A program made the position numbers and the translations under genes. A model generated the notes under the pieces. It saw only the letters and a list, made by a program, of their open reading frames with translations. It was not told the DNA's origin and searched no databases. A stretch of 49,982 nt of DNA from a virus (lineage: Duplodnaviria > Caudoviricetes). The DNA is taken from positions 1 through 49,982 of the IMG/VR virus record IMGVR_UViG_3300048579_000445. The stretch is one strand, 5' to 3'. Below are positions 9,460 to 17,802 of the stretch, in pieces. The first letter of the stretch is position 1, and every line of letters begins with the position of its first letter.

Positions 9460-9576
9460 AGTTCGGTTTCGGTGTCCGATAGAGCAATGATCCGACACGG
9501 CCGAAACGTGTGCAAGGCCAGTGTGTCGTCGTATTCCACGCTATAACCTCCCTTCTGGACTGGAGCCCTTTCGGTC

Positions 9577-9996
9577 GTGCCCACCCCTCGCGAAACCATC
9601 CTCACCGCGCTGCACGCGCGGCTTTCGGCGTTGCCCGCCTCCGCGCTGCGGGGTGACGTGCTGCCCGAGCGCGTCCCGGCCGAGGGGTTGCTGATCCTGC
9701 GCGACGGCGAGCCGGGGGAGCCCGAGGTGACGCTGTCGCCGCTGCGCTATCACTACCAGCACCGCGCCGAGATCGAGGCTGTCGTGCAGGGCACCGCCCG
9801 TGACGCGACCTTCGACACGCTGACCGCCAGCATCGGCTCGGCGCTCGCCGCGGACCGGTCGCTGGGAGGGCTCTGTGACTGGGTCGAGGCGGAAGCGCCG
9901 CGCCCGGTCGATCTGCCTGTCGAGGGCGCGGCCAGCCTGAAGGCCGCCGTGATCCCGGTGATCCTGCATTATTCCACGGCCGATCCGCTCGGCTGA
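9577..9996 (+). CDS. Tail terminator-like protein
   Basis: 139 aa immediately before the major tail protein; phage-like codon usage resumes here. Confidence 0.7.
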   Translation: MPTPRETILTALHARLSALPASALRGDVLPERVPAEGLLILRDGEPGEPEVTLSPLRYHYQHRAEIEAVVQGTARDATFDTLTASIGSALAADRSLGGLCDWVEAEAPRPVDLPVEGAASLKAAVIPVILHYSTADPLG

Positions 9997-10020
9997 CCCC
10001 GACAACCCGAGGAGAACACC

Positions 10021-10962
10021 ATGGCACGAGCCCAGGGGGCGCGGGCGCTGATGGCGCTTGCGTTCGAGACGACCTATGGAACGCCGCCCGTCAGCGGCTT
10101 CACCCGCATGCCCTTCGCCAGCACCTCGCTCGGTGCGGAGCAGCCGCTTCTGAACTCGGAGCTTCTGGGTTACGGCCGCGATCCACTGGCGCCGATCAAG
10201 GACGCGGTGACGGCCGATGGCGATGTCGTCGTGCCGCTCGACGCGGAGGCCTTCGGCTTCTGGCTGAAGGCGGCCTTCGGCGCGCCGACGACCACGGGCG
10301 CGGAGGCGCCGTACACCCACGAGTTCCAGTCGGGGTCCTGGGCGCTGCCCAGCATGTCGATCGAGACCGGCATGCCGGAGGTGCCGCGCTATGCGATGTA
10401 TTCCGGCTGCGTGCTCGACCAGATCACCTGGCAGATGCAGCGCTCGGGCCTGCTGACCGCAACCGCGCGGCTGGTGGCGCAGGGCGAGACGGTCAGCACG
10501 ACGACCAGCGCCGGAACGCCCGCTGCGCTGGAGCTGAAGCGCTTCGGCCACTTCAACGGGGCGATCACGCGCAACGGCACCGCCCTCGGGAACGTGGTCT
10601 CGGCCGAGATCACTTATGCCAACAACCTCGACCGCATCGAGACCATCCGCTCGGACGGGCGCATCGACGGCGCCGACCCGTCCATCGCGGCGCTCACCGG
10701 CCGGATCGAGGTCCGCTTCGCCGACCAGACGCTGGTGACGCAGGCGATCAACGGCGAGGCCTGCGAGATGGCATTCGCCTACGTCCTGCCCTCGGGAGAG
10801 AGCTTCACCTTCACCGTGCACGCCGTCTACCTGCCGCGGCCCCGGATCGAGATTTCCGGACCGCAGGGCGTGCAGGCCACCTTCGACTGGCAGGCGGCCC
10901 GCGACAGCGTCGTCGGCCGGATGTGCACGGCAACCCTCATCAACGACATCGAGGTGTACTGA
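10021..10962 (+). CDS. Major tail tube protein
   Basis: 313 aa, AFETTYGTPP start, GAGGAG RBS, position before chaperone and tape measure. Confidence 0.85.
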   Translation: MARAQGARALMALAFETTYGTPPVSGFTRMPFASTSLGAEQPLLNSELLGYGRDPLAPIKDAVTADGDVVVPLDAEAFGFWLKAAFGAPTTTGAEAPYTHEFQSGSWALPSMSIETGMPEVPRYAMYSGCVLDQITWQMQRSGLLTATARLVAQGETVSTTTSAGTPAALELKRFGHFNGAITRNGTALGNVVSAEITYANNLDRIETIRSDGRIDGADPSIAALTGRIEVRFADQTLVTQAINGEACEMAFAYVLPSGESFTFTVHAVYLPRPRIEISGPQGVQATFDWQAARDSVVGRMCTATLINDIEVY

Positions 10963-10964
10963 CG

Positions 10965-11402
10965 ATGCTGATGCTCGACCTGACGAATGAGCCGCGCTGG
11001 TATGAAATCGCGCCGGGCGTTCGGGTGCAGCTGCGCCCGCTGACCACCGCGCTGATGGTGGCGACGCGCAGCGATCCGGCCGTCGAGGCAGTTCCGGAGG
11101 AGTCCTCCGACGAGGAGCGCGCGGTCGCCTTCGCCAAGGCGCTGGCGCGGCGGGCGGTGCTCGCCTGGGAGGGCGTGGGAGATGCCGATGGCAATCCCAT
11201 CGACCCGAGCCCAGAGGCCATCGACGCGCTGCTCGACGTCTGGCCGATCTTCGAGGCGTTCCAGCTGACCTACGTCTCGAAGGGCCTGCTGCTGGAACAG
11301 GAAAAAAACGCCTCCGCGCTCTCGCCGAATGGTCCTTCGGCGGGGGCGAGCGCTACTGCGAAGCCTGCGCGCAAGCCTGCCCGGACTGCCCGGCGCGGCT
11401 GA
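10965..11402 (+). CDS. Tail assembly chaperone (gpG analogue)
   Basis: Lies between tail tube and tape measure; VLAWEGVGDADG motif; contains slippery heptamer A AAA AAC at 11303-11309. Confidence 0.8.
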   Translation: MLMLDLTNEPRWYEIAPGVRVQLRPLTTALMVATRSDPAVEAVPEESSDEERAVAFAKALARRAVLAWEGVGDADGNPIDPSPEAIDALLDVWPIFEAFQLTYVSKGLLLEQEKNASALSPNGPSAGASATAKPARKPARTARRG

Positions 11403-11629
11403 ACCGGCCGCTGACCCATGAGGGCTGGCAGGTCTGGGATCTGGTCGGCCGTCTCGGCGGCCAGCTGCGTGTCCTGCCCGGCGCGGTGATCGGCTGGGAC
11501 ATGACTGCGGCGCTGGCGTTCGGGGATGCCCTCGGCGTGCCGCCGCTCGCCATGGCCGAACTGCTGCCCGTCATCGAAGCGGTGATGGTCGCCAAGCTCA
11601 ACGAACAGATGGAACGTCCCGATGGCTGA
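11303..11629 (+). CDS. -1 frameshift extension of the tail chaperone (gpGT analogue)
   Basis: The -1 frame is open from the slippery site to TGA 11627-11629 (RLRALAEWSFGGGERYCEACAQACPDCPARLNRP...NEQMERPDG) and overlaps the tape measure start. Confidence 0.75.
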   Translation, partial: KKRLRALAEWSFGGGERYCEACAQACPDCPARLNRPLTHEGWQVWDLVGRLGGQLRVLPGAVIGWDMTAALAFGDALGVPPLAMAELLPVIEAVMVAKLNEQMERPDG

Positions 11630-14039
11630 AAAGCGTGTGTCCGTCCGCCTCGCGGCCGTGGGCGGACGGCAGGTGCGGGCCGAACTGGAAGGTGTCGGTG
11701 AAGCCGGGTCCCGCGGCTTCGGCCGGCTCAGCCGGGAGATGGAGGCGGCGAACACCCGGCTGGCGGCCTTCTCCCGCCGTGTTGCGGTGGCTGCAGCCGC
11801 CGCCGTGGCAGCCGCTGCAGCCGCAGGCGTGGCGATGGTTCGCTCCGGCCTGCAGACGGTCGATGCACAAGCCAAGCTCGCGCAATCCCTCGGGACCACG
11901 GTCGCCTCGATCCAGACGCTGGAGCGCGCGGGCGAGCTGGCGGGTGTGTCGATGTCAGGCATCGAGCAGGCGACGAAGGACCTGACGCGTCGTCTTAGCC
12001 AGGCGGCCGCCGGGACCGGCCCCGCCGCGGACGCGCTGGACCGGCTCGGGCTCTCGGCGAACGAGCTTATCGCCCTGCCGCTGGATCAGCGGGTCGGCGC
12101 GATCAACGCGGCCATCGAGAGCTTCGTGCCCGTCGCCGAACGTGCGGCCGTCGCGGGTCAGCTGTTCGGCGAGGAAGGCTCGATCGCCATGTCGCGGATC
12201 GACACGGCGACGCTGCGCCAGGCGACAGAGGATGTCCGCGCCTTCGGTGTCGTGGTGTCCGAGCAGGACGCCGACCAGATCGAGCGGACGAACGATGCGA
12301 TCTCCCGGCTCGGGCTGATCTGGCGCGGGCTGTCGAACCAGTTGGCCGTCGCCGCGGCACCAGCACTCGAGGCGGTCGCCAACGCCATGGCGGCCATCGC
12401 CAGCCGCACCGGGCCGCTCGGCATCGCGATCCGCGGGCTCTTCGACAATATCGGCCGCCTGACCACCTACGCCGCGACCTTCGCCGCCTTCCTCGCGGGA
12501 CGCTGGGTCGCCGGCATGGCCGCCGCGGCACTCTCCGTCCGTGGTCTCGCCACGGCGCTCGTCGTTCTGCGCGGCGCGCTGATCCGCACCGGCATCGGCG
12601 CCCTGATCGTAGGAGCGGGCGAGCTGGTCTACCAATTCACGCGCCTTGTGTCCGGCGCGGGCGGGTTCGGCGAGGCCATGTCGCTCCTGAAGGACCTCGC
12701 GGTCGAGGTCTGGGAACGGATCAAGATGGGCGCGGCCGCGGCGGGTGCCGCCGCCACGGCGATGTTCTTCGACCTGAAGGCCGATGCGGCGTCGGGCATG
12801 CAGAGCGCCATCGAGAGCGTGGTGGGCTTCGGCAACACGGCGGCGAACACGTTTGAAGGCGCCTTTGAGGCGATCAAGGCCATCTGGGGTCTGCTGCCCG
12901 CCGCCATCGGCGATCTGGCGTTCCAGGCCGCGAACAGTCTGGTCGACGGCGTCGAGGCCATGCTGAACGGCGTGGTCTCGCGGATCAACGGCTTCATCGG
13001 GGGCATCAACCAGGGGCTGGAAGCGCTCGGGTCGGAGCGGCGCATCTCGCTGGTGCCCGACCTCGACCTCGGCGAGATCGAGAACCGCTTCGAAGGGGCG
13101 GCGACAGCCGCAACCACGGCCGCGCAGGCAGCCTTCGATCGAGCCTTCGAGAACAACCCGCTCACCGCGCCCGATCTCGGTCTGACGGAGGCGGCAAACC
13201 GCGCACTCGAGTCCGCGAACCTTTATCGCGGCGCGGCCCGGGATCTGGCGGAAGGCGCCCGCGCCCCGCTCGAAAGCTGGCAGGCGCTTCGCGACGCGGT
13301 GCGCGGCACCGACGAGGCCAGTGCGGATGCGCTGACCGAGGCCACCGGCGCGGCCGAGCGGCTCGAGACGGCACTCGGCGATGCCGGTCGCGCCGCCACG
13401 GGTGCAGGTGCTGCGGCCGGTGCTGCCGCCGCTGCGGCAGAGCCCGCGACCGAGGCGGCCGTCACCGGCTGGCGGGCGGTCACCGCCGCGCTGTCGGATT
13501 ACGCCAGCAAGGCGCGCGAGATCGGCGGCGACATCGGCCAGAGCCTCGTCGGCGCCTTCCAGTCGGCCGAGAACGCGGTGGGCCAGTTCGTGCGGACCGG
13601 GAAACTGAACTTCCGCGATCTGGTCACCTCGCTGCTGGCCGATCTCGCCCAGCTGGCGGCGCGGCGGTTCATCCTGGGGCCGATCGCCAATGCGCTCTCC
13701 GGCGTGTTCTCCGGGGCGGGCGGCATCTTCGCCAACGTTCTGCATTCGGGCGGGATGGTCGGCGCCGCGGGGCCCTCGCGCATGGTCCCGGCCATGGCCT
13801 TCGCCGCCGCGCCGCGGATGCATTCAGGCGGCATGGCGGGGCTACGCCACGACGAAGTCCCCGCGATCCTGCAACGCGGCGAGCGGGTACTGTCGCGGCG
13901 CGAGGCACAGAGCTACGGCGCGGGCGGCGGCGTCAACGTGACCATCATGGCGCGCGACGCCGAGAGCTTCCGACAGTCCCGCACGCAGGTCGCTGCCGAC
14001 ATCGCCCGCGCCGTGTCGCTCGGGCGGAGGGGCATGTGA
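11622..14039 (+). CDS. Tail tape measure protein
   Basis: 805 aa Ala-rich helical protein with hydrophobic segments and C-terminal HSGG...DEVPAILQRGERVL motif. Confidence 0.9.
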   Translation: MAEKRVSVRLAAVGGRQVRAELEGVGEAGSRGFGRLSREMEAANTRLAAFSRRVAVAAAAAVAAAAAAGVAMVRSGLQTVDAQAKLAQSLGTTVASIQTLERAGELAGVSMSGIEQATKDLTRRLSQAAAGTGPAADALDRLGLSANELIALPLDQRVGAINAAIESFVPVAERAAVAGQLFGEEGSIAMSRIDTATLRQATEDVRAFGVVVSEQDADQIERTNDAISRLGLIWRGLSNQLAVAAAPALEAVANAMAAIASRTGPLGIAIRGLFDNIGRLTTYAATFAAFLAGRWVAGMAAAALSVRGLATALVVLRGALIRTGIGALIVGAGELVYQFTRLVSGAGGFGEAMSLLKDLAVEVWERIKMGAAAAGAAATAMFFDLKADAASGMQSAIESVVGFGNTAANTFEGAFEAIKAIWGLLPAAIGDLAFQAANSLVDGVEAMLNGVVSRINGFIGGINQGLEALGSERRISLVPDLDLGEIENRFEGAATAATTAAQAAFDRAFENNPLTAPDLGLTEAANRALESANLYRGAARDLAEGARAPLESWQALRDAVRGTDEASADALTEATGAAERLETALGDAGRAATGAGAAAGAAAAAAEPATEAAVTGWRAVTAALSDYASKAREIGGDIGQSLVGAFQSAENAVGQFVRTGKLNFRDLVTSLLADLAQLAARRFILGPIANALSGVFSGAGGIFANVLHSGGMVGAAGPSRMVPAMAFAAAPRMHSGGMAGLRHDEVPAILQRGERVLSRREAQSYGAGGGVNVTIMARDAESFRQSRTQVAADIARAVSLGRRGM

Positions 14040-14665
14040 TGGCGTTTCACGAGGTGCGGTTTCCCGACAACATCAGCCGGGGCGCGCGAAGCGGGCCGGA
14101 GCGGCGCACGCAGATCGTCGAGCTTGCCTCCGGCGACGAGGAGCGCAACGCCAGCTGGGCCAACTCGCGTCGCCGTTACGACGTCGCCTATGGCATCCGC
14201 CGCGCGGACGATCTCGCCGCCGTCGTCGCCTTCTTCGAGGCGCGGAACGGGCGGCTCCACGGCTTCCGCTTCAAGGACTGGGGCGACCACAAGTCCTGCC
14301 TGCCCTCGGGCACGCCATCGCCGACCGACCAGGCGATCGGCACCGGCGACGGTGCGACGACCGCCTTCCAGCTGGTGAAGCACTACGCCTCGGGCGCGCA
14401 ATCCTGGACGCGCGCCATCGCGAAGCCGGTGACGGGCACCGTGCGCATCGCGCTCGGCGGGGTCGAGCAACCCTCCGGCTGGTCCGTCGACACCACGACC
14501 GGCGTCATCACCTTCTCCGCCGCGCCGGGCACTGGCGTCGCGATCACCGCAGGCTTCGAGTTCGATGTCCCGGTTCGCTTCGACACCGACGCGCTCGACG
14601 TGACGCTCGACCTTGAACGGCTGGGCTCCATCACCTCCATCCCGCTTCTGGAGATCCGACGATGA
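14039..14665 (+). CDS. Distal tail protein, DUF2460 / RcGTA g12-like
   Basis: MAFHEVRFP start, FFEARNGRLHGFRFKDW, GFEFDVPVRFDTD. Confidence 0.9.
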   Translation: MAFHEVRFPDNISRGARSGPERRTQIVELASGDEERNASWANSRRRYDVAYGIRRADDLAAVVAFFEARNGRLHGFRFKDWGDHKSCLPSGTPSPTDQAIGTGDGATTAFQLVKHYASGAQSWTRAIAKPVTGTVRIALGGVEQPSGWSVDTTTGVITFSAAPGTGVAITAGFEFDVPVRFDTDALDVTLDLERLGSITSIPLLEIRR

Positions 14666-15012
14666 ACGACGAAACCGGGTTTCTGGCGGCAGCGCTGAAG
14701 GAATTGCTCGCCTCCACGGCGGTGATCCTCGCCGCCTGGGGCGCGCTCGGGGGCGCGACCAACGCGCTGACGACGAAAATGCGGCTGCGCGACGCGCTGC
14801 GCCACATCCTGCTCGGCGGTCTGATCGCGGCCGGGATGGGGAGCCTGTCGATGGCGATCATCACCCGCTGGCTTGGCCTGCCGCCCGAGGCGATCCCGGC
14901 CGGGGGCGCGGCCGGATCGGCCGCCTATCTGGTCGGCGTTTTCGGCCCCGCCTTCATCGAGGTGCTGCTCGCCCGACTGCGCCATGCCGGGAAAGGCGAT
15001 GGCGATGCATGA
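14662..15012 (+). CDS. Putative holin (about 3 hydrophobic segments)
   Basis: 116 aa hydrophobic protein with charged C-terminus, upstream of the lysozyme. Confidence 0.6.
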   Translation: MNDETGFLAAALKELLASTAVILAAWGALGGATNALTTKMRLRDALRHILLGGLIAAGMGSLSMAIITRWLGLPPEAIPAGGAAGSAAYLVGVFGPAFIEVLLARLRHAGKGDGDA

Positions 15013-15136
15013 CCTTCTCCGCCTCGCGCGCTCCCTGCGCTGCGACCCGGCCGATCCCGGCGAGGCCTTCCGCCACCGCCTGGGCGTCGGCATCGCCATC
15101 GCCGCGCTGATCCTGATCCTCTCGTTTCTGGGGTAA
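15005..15136 (+). CDS. Small membrane protein (43 aa) in the lysis cluster
   Basis: MHDLLRLARSLRCDPADPGEAFRHRLGVGIAIAALILILSFLG; fills the gap between holin and lysozyme; C-terminal TM segment. Confidence 0.55.
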   Translation: MHDLLRLARSLRCDPADPGEAFRHRLGVGIAIAALILILSFLG

Positions 15137-15141
15137 CTTCC

Positions 15142-15798
15142 ATGCAGATGACAGACCGGGGGCTTCTGGCCCTCGTCCGGCACGAAGGCATCGTGCCCGG
15201 ACCCTACCGTGATGTGAAACAGGTCTGGACCTTCGGCATCGGCCACACGGCCGCAGCCGGTCTGCCTGACCCGGCCACGATGCCGCGGGGCATGCCCGCC
15301 GATCTCGATGCCGGGATCAGCGAGACGTTCCGGGTATTCCGGTCCGACCTCGCGCGCTACGAGGCAGCCGTCCTGCGCGCCGTGAAGGTGCCGCTGGCGC
15401 CGCACGAGTTCGATGCGTTGGTCTCGTTTCACTACAACACCGGCGGCATCGCTAAGGCCGCGCTGACCCGGCACCTCAATGCCGGCAATCGCGTTGCCGC
15501 CGCCGGCGCGTTTCTGAACTGGCGGCGACCGGCCTCCATCATCCCCCGCCGGGAGGCCGAGCGCGACCTGTTCCGCCATGGTCGCTATCCCGGCGGCACG
15601 ATCCCTGTCTGGTCCGTGGACCGCACGGGCCGGGTGGACTTCTCGCGACCGATCCGTCGCCTGACCGAGGATGATGCTCTGGCCTTGGCTCGCGGGCCGT
15701 CGCCGACGCCTCCGGTCCTCGCCCCTTCACCCACCGCGCCGACCGGCTGGCTCGCCCGGCTTGCCGTCTTCTTCGCCACCCTTATCCGGAGGGCCTGA
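15142..15798 (+). CDS. Endolysin, GH24 / T4-lysozyme family
   Basis: Catalytic E-x8-D-x5-T in HEGIVPGPYRDVKQVWTFGIGHT; FDALVSFHYNTG; RREAERDLF. Confidence 0.92.
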   Translation: MQMTDRGLLALVRHEGIVPGPYRDVKQVWTFGIGHTAAAGLPDPATMPRGMPADLDAGISETFRVFRSDLARYEAAVLRAVKVPLAPHEFDALVSFHYNTGGIAKAALTRHLNAGNRVAAAGAFLNWRRPASIIPRREAERDLFRHGRYPGGTIPVWSVDRTGRVDFSRPIRRLTEDDALALARGPSPTPPVLAPSPTAPTGWLARLAVFFATLIRRA

Positions 15799-15803
15799 TC
15801 CCA

Positions 15804-16034
15804 ATGCGCTACATCCGCCCCAACTCGCTCACCTGGTGGGCGGGACTGCTCGCCATGCTCACCGGCATTGCTTCCCTGGCGCTGCCCGCGACCGGACCGT
15901 TCGCCGAATTGTCCCACCTCGTCGCGCTCCTCGCCGGTTCGGGCGATGCCTCGCCCGCGGGCCTGATGTTCCTCGGGCTCGGCCTGATCGGCCTGCGCGA
16001 CCGGATCGAGCGCGGGTTCCGCGGCGATGCTTGA
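15804..16034 (+). CDS. Small membrane protein (holin/antiholin-like)
   Basis: 76 aa with two hydrophobic segments, directly after the endolysin. Confidence 0.6.
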   Translation: MRYIRPNSLTWWAGLLAMLTGIASLALPATGPFAELSHLVALLAGSGDASPAGLMFLGLGLIGLRDRIERGFRGDA

Positions 16035-16128
16035 ATTCCTCGCCGGTCTGGTCGCGGGCGGCTGCCTCGGCGTCTTCGTCGTCGCCCTCTGCGTGGCCGC
16101 CGCGCGCGGGGAGCAGGACGATGGCTGA
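16027..16128 (+). CDS. 33-aa single-TM peptide
   Basis: MLEFLAGLVAGGCLGVFVVALCVAAARGEQDDG; overlaps both neighbours by 8 nt. Confidence 0.5.
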   Translation: MLEFLAGLVAGGCLGVFVVALCVAAARGEQDDG

Positions 16129-16351
16129 TCTCCTGATCTGGCTGATTGCGGCCCTCGGCGCGGTCGGAGGCGTCGTCCTCGGCCGGGTCTGGGGCCGCGC
16201 GGAAGGGAAGCGCACGGGCAAACGGGAGGCGGAACGCGATGCAATGGAAGACAAGAACAGGCGCGTCGAGCGCGGGCAAGCTGCGGTTCGTGACGGTCGC
16301 GGTGCTGGCGATCCTGCTGACCGGCTGCGCCGCAACGATGGGCGCTGGTGA
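16121..16351 (+). CDS. Putative i-spanin (Rz-like)
   Basis: N-terminal TM (MADLLIWLIAALGAVGGVVLG) followed by a charged helical segment. Confidence 0.65.
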   Translation: MADLLIWLIAALGAVGGVVLGRVWGRAEGKRTGKREAERDAMEDKNRRVERGQAAVRDGRGAGDPADRLRRNDGRW

Positions 16352-16481
16352 TGCGGGCTGCGCCTCCTATGCCGAGGCGCGGCTGGCCCGGCCGCCAGCC
16401 TCTGCCGTCGCCGTCGTGCCCCCGGAATGGGCGACCTGGATCGCCGATCTCGACGACCGCATGACAGGAACCTGCCGATGA
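16239..16481 (+). CDS. Putative o-spanin (Rz1-like lipoprotein) overlapping the i-spanin
   Basis: Signal peptide with lipobox VAVLAILLTG/C, Pro-rich mature part with further Cys residues, read in a different frame over the 3' half of the i-spanin. Confidence 0.65.
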   Translation: MQWKTRTGASSAGKLRFVTVAVLAILLTGCAATMGAGDAGCASYAEARLARPPASAVAVVPPEWATWIADLDDRMTGTCR

Positions 16482-17362
16482 AATCCCTCTCGCTCGCTCT
16501 CCAATCCCATCTCGACGAGGGCACGACGACGCTGGCCTGGTGCTGGCGGATCGCCCGGGCCGATGGCGTCACCTTCGGCTTCACCGACCATGACCGGACG
16601 CTCAGCTTCGACGGCACGGATTTTGAGCCGGAAAGCGGGCTGACGGCCTCCGAGGTGCGCTCCGGCTCGGATCTGTCGGTCGATGCGCAGGACGCCGAAG
16701 GCGTGCTGACGTCGGACCGCATCACCGAGACCGACATCCTCGATGGCCGCTGGGACAACGCGGCCGTCGAGGTCTGGCGCGTGAACTGGGCCGACACCGC
16801 GCAGCGCGTACTGATGCGGCGCGGCGCCATCGGCCAGATCCGGCGGGGGCGGCTGGCCTTTGTGGCCGAGGTCCGCTCGCTCGCCCATGTGCTCGGCCAG
16901 ACGGTGGGGCGAACCTTTCAGGCGAGTTGCGATGCAGCGCTCGGCGACGCGCGCTGCGGTGTCGATCTGGAGGACCCGGCCTACAAGAGCACAGGCGCGG
17001 TGGTCGATCTGCTGCGCGACCGGGCCTTCACCGCCTCGGGTCTCGGGGGGTTCACCTCCGGCTGGTTCACCTTCGGCACGCTGGACTGGACGAGTGGCGC
17101 GAATGCCGGGCGGCGCACCGAGGTGCTGGGCCATGACGTCACGAACGGCGTGGCGATCTTGACCCTGCTCGAGGCGCCGGTGCGCGCGATCACGGAGGGC
17201 GACGCCTTCACCATCCGTGCGGGCTGCGACAAGCGGATCGAGACCTGCGGCGCGAAGTTCGCCAATACCGCTAGTTTCCGAGGCTTCCCGCACATTCCCG
17301 GCCATGATGCCGTTCTGCGCTACGCCACCAAGGATGGCGGGCACGACGGAGGCGTGCTGTGA
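16478..17362 (+). CDS. Baseplate hub protein, DUF2163 / RcGTA g13-like
   Basis: GFTDHDRTL, CDAALGDARC, AGCDKRIETCGAKFAN..FRGFPHIPG (Fe-S Cys motifs). Confidence 0.9.
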   Translation: MKSLSLALQSHLDEGTTTLAWCWRIARADGVTFGFTDHDRTLSFDGTDFEPESGLTASEVRSGSDLSVDAQDAEGVLTSDRITETDILDGRWDNAAVEVWRVNWADTAQRVLMRRGAIGQIRRGRLAFVAEVRSLAHVLGQTVGRTFQASCDAALGDARCGVDLEDPAYKSTGAVVDLLRDRAFTASGLGGFTSGWFTFGTLDWTSGANAGRRTEVLGHDVTNGVAILTLLEAPVRAITEGDAFTIRAGCDKRIETCGAKFANTASFRGFPHIPGHDAVLRYATKDGGHDGGVL

Positions 17363-17793
17363 AGCCTGCCGATCACGACAAGGTAATCGCGGCCGCCCGG
17401 TCCTGGCTCGGGACGCCGTATCATGATCAAGCAAGCCTCAAGGGTGTCGGATGCGATTGCCTCGGGCTTGCCCGCGGCGTCTGGCGCGAGGTCGTCGGCC
17501 CCGAGCCTTTCCCGATCCCGCCCTACAGCCGCGACTGGGGCGAGACGGGCCCGCACGAAGTGCTGGCAGAGGGCGCGCGGCGCATGATGCCTGAAATCGC
17601 CCCGGCCGATGTCGGTCCCGGAGCGCTGGTCCTCTTTCGGATGATGCCCCGCGCCATCGCCAAGCATGTCGGGATCCTGACCGGCCCCGATACCTTCCTC
17701 CATGCTTACGAGCGGCTCGGCGTGATCGAGGAGCCGCTGACCCAGCCCTGGCGGCGGCGCATCGCCTTCGCCTTCCTCTTCCCGCAGCGCTGA
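17359..17793 (+). CDS. NlpC/P60 tail-associated peptidase (RcGTA g14-like)
   Basis: ARSWLGTPYHDQ, GCDCLGL catalytic Cys, KHVGI His. Confidence 0.92.
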   Translation: MKPADHDKVIAAARSWLGTPYHDQASLKGVGCDCLGLARGVWREVVGPEPFPIPPYSRDWGETGPHEVLAEGARRMMPEIAPADVGPGALVLFRMMPRAIAKHVGILTGPDTFLHAYERLGVIEEPLTQPWRRRIAFAFLFPQR

Positions 17794-17802
17794 GACCCCG
17801 AC

